Positions 56,796 to 64,000 of a stretch of DNA of 64,000 nucleotides are shown here, in pieces. The stretch's first letter is position 1. Each line of letters opens with the position of its first letter. Source of the stretch: an uncultured Candidatus Saccharibacteria bacterium. GTDB lineage: Bacteria > Patescibacteriota > Minisyncoccia > Phycocordibacterales > UBA9973. Position numbers and translations under genes: made by a program. The stretch spans positions 1,160 to 65,159 of the forward strand of contig CAZCNB010000004.1 in assembly GCA_964500465.1 (NCBI GenBank), written 5' to 3'. The notes beneath the pieces were generated by a model. It was not told the origin of the DNA. It made no database searches and saw only the letters and a program-made list of their open reading frames with translations.

Positions 56796-58907
56796 ATGAG
56801 TGGAAAAGTATTTAAAATAAAAAGCGAATATAAACCAGACGGGGATCAACCTAAGGCTATTTCGGAATTGATGAAAGGGTTAGAGAAGGGAATGCAAAAG
56901 CAAACTCTTTTAGGTGCTACAGGAACTGGTAAAACTTTTACAATGGCAAATGTAATAGAGAAATGGGGTAAACCAACCCTTGTTATTGCCCACAATAAAA
57001 CTCTCGCTGCACAGCTTGCTCAAGAGTTCCGTGAATTTTTCCCGGATGCAGCAGTGCACTACTTCGTATCATATTACGACTATTATCAACCTGAGGCATA
57101 CATGCCAATAACAGATACTTATATTGAAAAAGATGCTCAGATAAACAAAGAGATTGATAGATTGCGCCACGCATCAACCCAAGCACTTCTTACTCGCAGA
57201 GATGTTATTATTGTTGCTTCTGTTTCTTGTATATATGGTTTAGGTTCTCCAGAAGAATATGAGAAAGTTAATCTAAAGCTTGCAGTTGGCATGAAGATGG
57301 ATAGAACAAACCTCATGAAAAAGCTCATTGAAGTTCACTTTGAACGTACGAATGCTGATATAAATTCTGGTCAGTTCAGGTCTATCGGTGCAAAAGTTGA
57401 AGTGATGCCAGTTTCAGAAACATTTGTTTATCAAATTGAGTTTACGGATGGAAAAATTGCTAGAATTGCAAAAGTTGATCCTGTGTCATCACATATATTA
57501 AAAGAAGAAAATAATATTTTTCTATTTCCAACAAAACATTTCATCACTGAGAAAGAGCAGATTGAGAAGGCAATTAAGAACATCAAAACTGAACTCGAGA
57601 TACAGTTAAAGAAATTCGAAAAAGAAGGAAAGCTCCTTGAAGCGGAGCGCATAAAGAGACGTACAAATTATGACCTAGCAATGATAAGAGAAGTTGGGTA
57701 TTGTAATGGTATTGAGAACTATTCAAGGCATTTATCTGGTAAGAAAGAAGGTGAGGCCCCAGAAACACTACTTTCATATTTCCCTAGAAACGAAGATGGG
57801 GAGATTGATTTTTTAACCATTATAGATGAATCACACGTAACCCTCCCGCAGTTAAATGGAATGTATGCAGGTGATGCTTCACGCAAGAATACTCTTGTTG
57901 AATTCGGTTTTCGTTTGCCTTCAGCAAAAGATAATCGACCACTAAAGTATCCAGAATTTGAGGAAAGAATTGGACAAGTGGTATACGTATCTGCAACTCC
58001 TGGTAATTTAGAACGTGAATCAAGTGCCCAGATAGTTGAGCAAATAATTCGCCCAACCGGGCTTATAGACCCCGAAGTTATTGTTCGGCCAGTTAGCGCA
58101 GGTAAAGACTATCCTGGCCAAATACAAGACTTTATTGCTGAAGCTGAAAAAACTATTAAAAAAGGTTTCAGAGTTCTTGCAACAACTCTCACAAAACGCA
58201 TGGCTGAAGATTTGTCTATTTACTTGAAAGAGCAGGGAATAAAATCGGAATATCTTCACAGTGAAATAAAAACAATTGAACGTATTCAAATTCTTACAGC
58301 TTTTCGAAAAGGCGATATGGATATACTTGTTGGGGTAAATTTGCTTCGAGAGGGTTTAGATTTGCCAGAAGTGGCATTGATTGGAATTCTTGATGCAGAC
58401 AAAGAAGGTTTCCTTCGTTCTGAAACTTCATTGATTCAAACTATTGGTCGTGCTGCCAGAAATGTAGAGGGTAGAGTAATTCTCTATGCTGACATAATTA
58501 CAGGTTCACTCGAGCGTGCAATAGGAGAAACAAATCGTCGTAGATCTATCCAAATTGATTACAATAAAAAGCATGGCATTACTCCTAAGACTATTTTAAA
58601 AAAAATTAAAGATATTACTGAAGAATTGGAAGATAAACATAAAAAAGCTGTAAATGCAGAACTCGATCTAGATATAGAGCTATTTAAGAAAACATTTATA
58701 AAAGACAAAAATAAAAAAGGAAAAACTGAGAAAGATTCAGTAAAGAATTTACTTATTTCAGATGAAGAGCGCAATAAAACAGTCTATGAAAAAATAATTA
58801 AAATAAAAGAGAAAGAAATGAATTCTGCTGTCAAAGAACTAGATTTTGAAACAGCTGCAATACTCCGTGATGAGATTTTAGTACTAAAAGAAAAGATAAA
58901 AAAATAA
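56796..58907 (+). CDS. uvrB: Excinuclease ABC subunit B
   Basis: Helicase motifs are present ([10 protein letters not shown] and the DExH-like motif). The C-terminal UVR domain is [12 protein letters not shown]. Confidence 0.95.
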   Translation: MSGKVFKIKSEYKPDGDQPKAISELMKGLEKGMQKQTLLGATGTGKTFTMANVIEKWGKPTLVIAHNKTLAAQLAQEFREFFPDAAVHYFVSYYDYYQPEAYMPITDTYIEKDAQINKEIDRLRHASTQALLTRRDVIIVASVSCIYGLGSPEEYEKVNLKLAVGMKMDRTNLMKKLIEVHFERTNADINSGQFRSIGAKVEVMPVSETFVYQIEFTDGKIARIAKVDPVSSHILKEENNIFLFPTKHFITEKEQIEKAIKNIKTELEIQLKKFEKEGKLLEAERIKRRTNYDLAMIREVGYCNGIENYSRHLSGKKEGEAPETLLSYFPRNEDGEIDFLTIIDESHVTLPQLNGMYAGDASRKNTLVEFGFRLPSAKDNRPLKYPEFEERIGQVVYVSATPGNLERESSAQIVEQIIRPTGLIDPEVIVRPVSAGKDYPGQIQDFIAEAEKTIKKGFRVLATTLTKRMAEDLSIYLKEQGIKSEYLHSEIKTIERIQILTAFRKGDMDILVGVNLLREGLDLPEVALIGILDADKEGFLRSETSLIQTIGRAARNVEGRVILYADIITGSLERAIGETNRRRSIQIDYNKKHGITPKTILKKIKDITEELEDKHKKAVNAELDLDIELFKKTFIKDKNKKGKTEKDSVKNLLISDEERNKTVYEKIIKIKEKEMNSAVKELDFETAAILRDEILVLKEKIKK

Positions 58908-58931
58908 CCGACTTGTATTAATTATAGTCAG

Positions 58932-59414
58932 TTATTTAGCCAATGCTTTCGTCGTTAACATGCTGCCATAGTCGTGTAGACGTATCTTCCCATTCCATAA
59001 GGAGTAATTTATAGAAGTAAACATATCAGAGTCGCCTATGTTTTTTTTATAGTTTTTTCTCAATATTTTCTTCCATCTTTTGTCGCATGTATTAAATTTA
59101 TATCCTCGGGGTTGTATAGCAATTATTCCAAAGATTAAAAAATAAATAGGTATTATACTTTCACTATTTGGGTTTTTCCTTGAGTATTTGTATTCAATAT
59201 AATTAGCTATGAATCCCCCCAAAAAATATCGTGATAGTATATGCCAAAGATTATTTTCATGTTTCTTAATTTTATTTTTTATACTTTTATTAATACAACA
59301 CTTAATAAACCTTACAAAAAATAAAATCACTGGAATCCTAGGTATTTTTATAACCCAGTTTTTTAAAATAACTACGTACCTAGTAGTACCAAACATAACT
59401 TTCATTGTTGACAA
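58932..59414 (-). CDS. Doubtful hypothetical ORF (160 aa, very basic, low complexity) in the 630-nt uvrB-uvrA spacer
   Basis: This is an ORF only, in an AT-rich region. No motifs were recognised. Confidence 0.25.
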   Translation of the reverse strand: MSTMKVMFGTTRYVVILKNWVIKIPRIPVILFFVRFIKCCINKSIKNKIKKHENNLWHILSRYFLGGFIANYIEYKYSRKNPNSESIIPIYFLIFGIIAIQPRGYKFNTCDKRWKKILRKNYKKNIGDSDMFTSINYSLWNGKIRLHDYGSMLTTKALAK

Positions 59415-59537
59415 GTTTTAATTAAATTAAAATTACTACTAAACTCATATTTTGTCAAACTGAATTTTATGCTATTATTTAGTCAGTTAAATATTGATAC
59501 ACCCCCATATACTTATTTGGCGGGTGTCGTACACGTT

Positions 59538-62126
59538 ATGAAAAAAGATACACACGATAAAATTATTATAAAGGGTGCTCGAACACATAATCTAAAGAAT
59601 ATTTCTCTTGAAATGCCACGCAACAAGATGGTTGTTATTACAGGTATGTCAGGATCAGGAAAGAGTTCACTTGCGTTTGATACTATTTTTGCCGAAGGTC
59701 AGCGTAGATATGTAGAGAGTTTATCTGCCTATGCTCGCCAATTTTTAAATCAAATGCCGAAACCTGATGTGGATGAGATCTCAGGTCTTTCTCCAGCTAT
59801 TTCTATTGATCAAAAATCTCGATCAAATAATCCACGTTCAACAGTTGCAACTATTACTGAAATTTATGATTACCTCCGTGTTCTTTATGCGCGTATCGGT
59901 AGACCTCATTGTCCGGAATGTGGAGATGAAATAAAAAAATTATCAAACGAAGAAATAATGAACTTCGTCTTGAAGAAAATTAAAAATCATAAAAAACCTA
60001 CAGGTAAAGATGCAAAAAAAGTTTTAGGTGTAGAATGGGATGAGACTCCTATAACAATATTTTCTCCAGTAATTCGTGGTAGGAAAGGTGAATACTACCA
60101 ACTCCTATATGATTTATTAAACAAGGGTTTTTCTAAGGTTCGTATGGATGGCGAGATGAGAAATCTTCGTGAACGTATAGATATATCAAAGACAAAAAAG
60201 CATGATATAGATGTTCTTGTTGATTCTTTCCAAATTCATGAATTCAAGGATACTCCAGATGATTCTCGTATGCGACTTTCTGAAGCAATTGAGAGAGCGC
60301 TTCTAGAATCTGAAGGTTTAGTGACTATATCTATTGCAGAAGAAGAGTTTTTGATGTCATCTAAATTTGCATGTCCTCGAGATGGATTTTCTTTTCCTGA
60401 AGTTGAGCCTCGTCTTTTTTCTTTTAATTCTCCATATGGAGCATGTCCAACATGTAATGGTTTAGGTACAAAGTATTTTGGAGCAAGTGAACCATGTGAT
60501 GATTGTGGAGGTGCAAGATTACGCAGGGAAGCACTCAATGTTTTCTTAGGTAAGAAGATAAATATTGTAAATATTACTAAATTATCAATTCAGGAAGTCA
60601 CAGATTTTTTTATAGAACTTGAACTCAATGATCAAGAGCAAGAAATTTCCAAGGTAGTTATAAAAGAGATAGAAGCTCGTTTACAATTTTTGTTAAATGT
60701 TGGTCTTGAATATTTATCTCTTGATAGAAAAGCAAATACTCTATCTGGTGGAGAAGCTCAGCGTATAAGACTTGCGTCACAACTAGGTTCTCGCCTAGTT
60801 GGAGCTCTCTATGTATTAGATGAGCCTACAATAGGACTACATCAAAGAGATAATGAACGTCTAATAAAAACCCTTGAAGACCTTCGAGATTTGGGGAATA
60901 CAATCTTGGTTGTTGAACATGATGAAGATACAATTTTTGCTTCGGATTTTATTATTGATATTGGCCCCAAAGCTGGTGTTCACGGAGGGCAAGTTATAGT
61001 CGCTGACTATTTAACGCCACTTCTTGATGCTAAAACAAATTCTTCAAAATCAAGAACTCTTTCTTATCTTAGAAATGAAGCACGAATTGAAATCCCAGAA
61101 AAAAGACGCACAAGTGATAAAGGTACACTTAAGATAATTGGTGGAAAAGTTTTCAATATAAATAATATGAACGCAGAAGTTCCTCTGGGCAAGATGGTTA
61201 CAATAACAGGTGTCTCGGGCTCTGGTAAAAGTTCTTTCATGTATGAGATTTTATATAAAAATCTTCAAGCTCGTTATGAAAGAAAATATCGAAGCGCTCA
61301 AGTTTTTAATTGTGCGTCATTTACCGGAACCGAATATCTTTCACGCGCAATTCTTATAGATCAATCTCCGATCGGTCGTACTCCACGTTCAAATATTGCA
61401 ACTTATACAGGAGCTTTTACTCACATCCGTGATTTATTTGCCACGAGTGAGGAAGCTCGACTTCGTGGGTGGAAACCAAACCGCTTCTCTTTTAATGTTA
61501 AAGGAGGTAGGTGTGAAGCTTGTGAAGGTAATGGTGAGATAGCGGTTGAAATGCACTTTCTTCCAACAGTATACGTTACCTGTGACGTATGTAGAGGCAA
61601 AAGATTTGACAAAGAAACTCTAACTGTTAAATATAAAAAGAAAAATATTCACGAAGTTTTAGAAATGTCTATTGAAGAAGCGATTGTTTTCTTTGAAGAT
61701 ATTCCAAATGTTTATGATAGATTAAAAACTCTTATGGATGTAGGACTTGGATACGTAAAATTAGGTCAGTCTGCAACAACTCTATCAGGAGGAGAAGCAC
61801 AACGCGTAAAAATTTCTTCTGAGCTTTATCGTCCACATCTAGAAAAAACTATATATCTTCTTGATGAGCCAACAGTTGGACTTCATTACGACGATGTTGC
61901 AAAACTTCTCGAAGTTTTAAATAAGCTTGTCGATAAAGGTAATACGGTAGTTCTTATAGAACATAATATGGATATAATAAAATGTTCAGATTATCTTATA
62001 GATATTGGTCCTGAAGGGGGAGTAGGTGGCGGTAAAATTGTTGCTCGTGGTACTCCTGAGGAAGTTGCAAATACACCAGGAAGCCATACTGGAAAATACC
62101 TAAAGAAGGTTTTAAAGAAAAAGTAA
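59538..62126 (+). CDS. uvrA: Excinuclease ABC subunit A (compact, ~862 aa)
   Basis: It starts at [22 protein letters not shown]. There are two ABC ATPase modules ([12 protein letters not shown] and GVSGSGKSS), Zn-finger Cys pairs and LSGGEAQR signatures. Confidence 0.93.
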   Translation: MKKDTHDKIIIKGARTHNLKNISLEMPRNKMVVITGMSGSGKSSLAFDTIFAEGQRRYVESLSAYARQFLNQMPKPDVDEISGLSPAISIDQKSRSNNPRSTVATITEIYDYLRVLYARIGRPHCPECGDEIKKLSNEEIMNFVLKKIKNHKKPTGKDAKKVLGVEWDETPITIFSPVIRGRKGEYYQLLYDLLNKGFSKVRMDGEMRNLRERIDISKTKKHDIDVLVDSFQIHEFKDTPDDSRMRLSEAIERALLESEGLVTISIAEEEFLMSSKFACPRDGFSFPEVEPRLFSFNSPYGACPTCNGLGTKYFGASEPCDDCGGARLRREALNVFLGKKINIVNITKLSIQEVTDFFIELELNDQEQEISKVVIKEIEARLQFLLNVGLEYLSLDRKANTLSGGEAQRIRLASQLGSRLVGALYVLDEPTIGLHQRDNERLIKTLEDLRDLGNTILVVEHDEDTIFASDFIIDIGPKAGVHGGQVIVADYLTPLLDAKTNSSKSRTLSYLRNEARIEIPEKRRTSDKGTLKIIGGKVFNINNMNAEVPLGKMVTITGVSGSGKSSFMYEILYKNLQARYERKYRSAQVFNCASFTGTEYLSRAILIDQSPIGRTPRSNIATYTGAFTHIRDLFATSEEARLRGWKPNRFSFNVKGGRCEACEGNGEIAVEMHFLPTVYVTCDVCRGKRFDKETLTVKYKKKNIHEVLEMSIEEAIVFFEDIPNVYDRLKTLMDVGLGYVKLGQSATTLSGGEAQRVKISSELYRPHLEKTIYLLDEPTVGLHYDDVAKLLEVLNKLVDKGNTVVLIEHNMDIIKCSDYLIDIGPEGGVGGGKIVARGTPEEVANTPGSHTGKYLKKVLKKK

Positions 62127-62129
62127 TAT

Positions 62130-63308
62130 ATGAAATTATCTTATTTAAAAAAAATAAATATACCTGAAAAACCAGGGGTTTATTTTTTCTATAAAGGGAA
62201 TAGTTTGTTATATATTGGCAAAGCTACTTCACTTCGTTCTCGGGTAAAGAGTTATTTTGGTAAAGATCTTATTGTAACTCGAGGTCCACTTATTTTAGAT
62301 ATGACTGTTCAAGCGGATAAGCTCAAGTGGCAAGAAACAGATAGTGTACTTGAAGCATTAATACTTGAGGCTGAGCTTATCAAGAAACACCAACCTAAAT
62401 ATAATACAAAAGAAAAAGACAATAAGAGTTTCAATTATGTATGTATAACTAAAGATAAAATATCCAAAGTACTAGTTCTTCGAGGAAGAAAATTAAAGAA
62501 ATCTGATTACAAAAAAGTATTTGGTCCTTTCCCAAATGGATTACAACTCCGTGAAGGTATGAGGATTATTCGCAAGATTTTTCCTTATTTTGATAATAAT
62601 TCAGATAAAAAACAAAACTATCAGTTTTATAAGCAGCTGGCTTTAATACCAGAGGGGGATTATCAGAATAATATTAAGAATTTAATTTTATTCTTCCAAG
62701 GTAAAAAGAAAAAGATTATTTTGAATCTCAAGAAAGATATGATGCTCTTTGCTAAGAATAAAGAATTTGAAAGAGCCGGTGAAATAAAGAAAAAGATATT
62801 TGCCCTAGAACATATAAATGATGTTGCTCTTATAAAAGAAGACAATATGCCAAGGAGTATAAGTACGAGAATTGAAGCTTATGATATTGCTCATATGGGG
62901 GGTAAAAATATGGTGGGAGTTATGACTGTGGTTCAAGACGCTGAGGTAGCAAAAAATGAATATAAGAAATTTATAATAAAAAGCCAGACTGGTTCAAATG
63001 ATACAGGAGCTCTTGAAGAAGTATTGTCTAGAAGATTTCGTCATACTGAGTGGGGCCTTCCAAATATTGTAGTAGTTGATGGTAGTACTGCACAGATAAA
63101 TGTTGCTAAAAGAATATTGGATAGATATCAACTGGATATCCCGATAATCGCAGTTGTTAAAGATGATAGACACAAAGCAAAAGCTTTAATGGGTAATGAT
63201 GAGATAATAAAAAAATATAAAAAATCGATACTACTTTCAAATAATGAAGCCCATCGTTTTGCTATAGCTTTTCATAAAAATAAGAGATCTAAAAATTTTA
63301 TAAAATAG
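62130..63308 (+). CDS. uvrC: Excinuclease ABC subunit C, short form (392 aa) lacking the C-terminal (HhH)2 domain
   Basis: The GIY-YIG N-terminus is PGVYFFY...LLYIGKA. The UvrB-interacting region is KNKEFERAGEIKKKIFALEH. The RNase-H-like endonuclease domain is VVVDGSTAQINVAKRIL...EAHRFAIAFHK. The protein ends directly after that domain. Confidence 0.85.
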   Translation: MKLSYLKKINIPEKPGVYFFYKGNSLLYIGKATSLRSRVKSYFGKDLIVTRGPLILDMTVQADKLKWQETDSVLEALILEAELIKKHQPKYNTKEKDNKSFNYVCITKDKISKVLVLRGRKLKKSDYKKVFGPFPNGLQLREGMRIIRKIFPYFDNNSDKKQNYQFYKQLALIPEGDYQNNIKNLILFFQGKKKKIILNLKKDMMLFAKNKEFERAGEIKKKIFALEHINDVALIKEDNMPRSISTRIEAYDIAHMGGKNMVGVMTVVQDAEVAKNEYKKFIIKSQTGSNDTGALEEVLSRRFRHTEWGLPNIVVVDGSTAQINVAKRILDRYQLDIPIIAVVKDDRHKAKALMGNDEIIKKYKKSILLSNNEAHRFAIAFHKNKRSKNFIK

Positions 63309-63322
63309 TATATAATATAAAT

Positions 63323-64000
63323 ATGATTCGCGTTGGAGTTATAAGAGGTGGTCCAAGTTCTGAATACGAAGTGTCACTCAATACCGGTGGCAATGTACTT
63401 TCTCATTTAAGAGGAGATAAATTAAGTGAGAAGTATAAACCAATAGATATATTGATAGATAAAAATGGTGCTTGGCATGTAGGAGGTAAACCCACTACAC
63501 TTGAGCATATTTCAAATCATGTAGATGTTATTTTTAACGCTCTCCATGGTGATTATGGCGAAGATGGTAAGGTTCAACAAATGCTTGATCAGTGGAAGAT
63601 ACCTTATACAGGTTCTGGAGCCTTTTCTTCTGCTCTTGGATACAATAAAGCCCTTGCAAAAGAAAGATTTAAAGCACTAGGTATAAAAACCCCTCAGTCA
63701 GTTATTATAACTATGGATAGTATTGATAAAACAAAGGATGATCGAACCATTGCAAAAGAACAAGCACAATTTGTGTGGAGTAAGATATCTCCCCCTTGGG
63801 TAGTAAAACCAATCTCTTCAGGTTCTTCTGTTGGTGTAAAAATTTGTAAGATTTTTCCAGAGCTAGAACAAGCAATTCATAGTTGTATAAACGACGGGGT
63901 TGATATATTAGTTGAAGAGATGATTGAAGGTAAAGAAGCAACAGTGCCGATTATTGAGAAATTTAGAAATCAGCCTATTTACGCATTACCACCAATCGAA
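63323..64000 (+). CDS. ddl: D-alanine--D-alanine ligase (3'-truncated by the window end)
   Basis: MIRVGVIRGGPSSEYEVSL...HGDYGEDGKVQ..LD...IPYTGSG is the ATP-grasp Ddl N-domain. The frame is open to the end of the window. Confidence 0.85.
   Translation, partial: MIRVGVIRGGPSSEYEVSLNTGGNVLSHLRGDKLSEKYKPIDILIDKNGAWHVGGKPTTLEHISNHVDVIFNALHGDYGEDGKVQQMLDQWKIPYTGSGAFSSALGYNKALAKERFKALGIKTPQSVIITMDSIDKTKDDRTIAKEQAQFVWSKISPPWVVKPISSGSSVGVKICKIFPELEQAIHSCINDGVDILVEEMIEGKEATVPIIEKFRNQPIYALPPIE

Noticed and set aside
56983-58774. Several 60-90-aa antisense ORFs inside uvrB, plus similar ones inside rpoB, rpoC, gyrB, thrS and rnr
   Set aside because: They are short and embedded in well-supported genes, with no conservation signals. 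They are typical spurious ORFs of an AT-rich genome.
1-64000. Alternative genetic code (UGA recoding as in Gracilibacteria/Absconditabacteria)
   Set aside because: Long conserved genes such as rpoB, rpoC, uvrA and gyrB are intact under the standard code, and TGA and TAG both act as stops at conserved gene ends.

Overview
This is an AT-rich window that I infer comes from a small-genome, probably CPR/Patescibacteria-like bacterium. It uses the standard genetic code and many genes lack Shine-Dalgarno motifs. From about 21.4 kb to the end it is dense with confidently recognisable housekeeping genes: gyrB, a CDF transporter, thrS, rpmF, a nusB-Nudix fusion, rnc, smc, a VanY-type DD-carboxypeptidase, a polysaccharide deacetylase, rnr, rpsP, a KH protein, trmD, rpoB, rpoC, dnaG, rpoD, a cyclase-family protein, a DsbA-like protein, a GT2 synthase, tRNA-Thr(UGU), tsf, rpsB, proS, mreB, mreC, tgt, a SAM methyltransferase, uvrB, uvrA, a short uvrC and the start of ddl. 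The first ~21 kb looks different. It is an accessory-looking cell-surface island, with a candidate promoter and bidirectional terminators called at its edges. It contains a 5'-truncated tail-fibre-like protein whose C-terminal region matches my recollection of an H-type-lectin domain. Next come a membrane-anchored serine hydrolase with SxxK and SDN motifs and a 3083-aa giant secreted protein built from dozens of autotransporter-passenger-type beta-strand repeats, with a ~2.8-kb internal duplication and a Gly-rich tandem-repeat C-terminus. They are followed by a small membrane protein and two secreted paralogs that share a near-identical 161-nt tract. Their C-terminal domain looks like a WxL domain in which Trp is replaced by Met. 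After them come a DUF916-like membrane-anchored protein, a dockerin-bearing protein and two cohesin-like membrane-anchored proteins. The island ends with two tandem orphan SBP_bac_3 sensor-type ectodomain proteins that have transmembrane helices and coiled-coil tails, and a type IV pilin. I propose this Csc/WxL-like, cohesin-dockerin and orphan-ectodomain cluster as the candidate novel system. I read it as a surface-assembled attachment or nutrient-capture complex; that reading is inference from recognisable motifs, not a demonstrated function. No CRISPR array, rRNA or clear mobile element was found.
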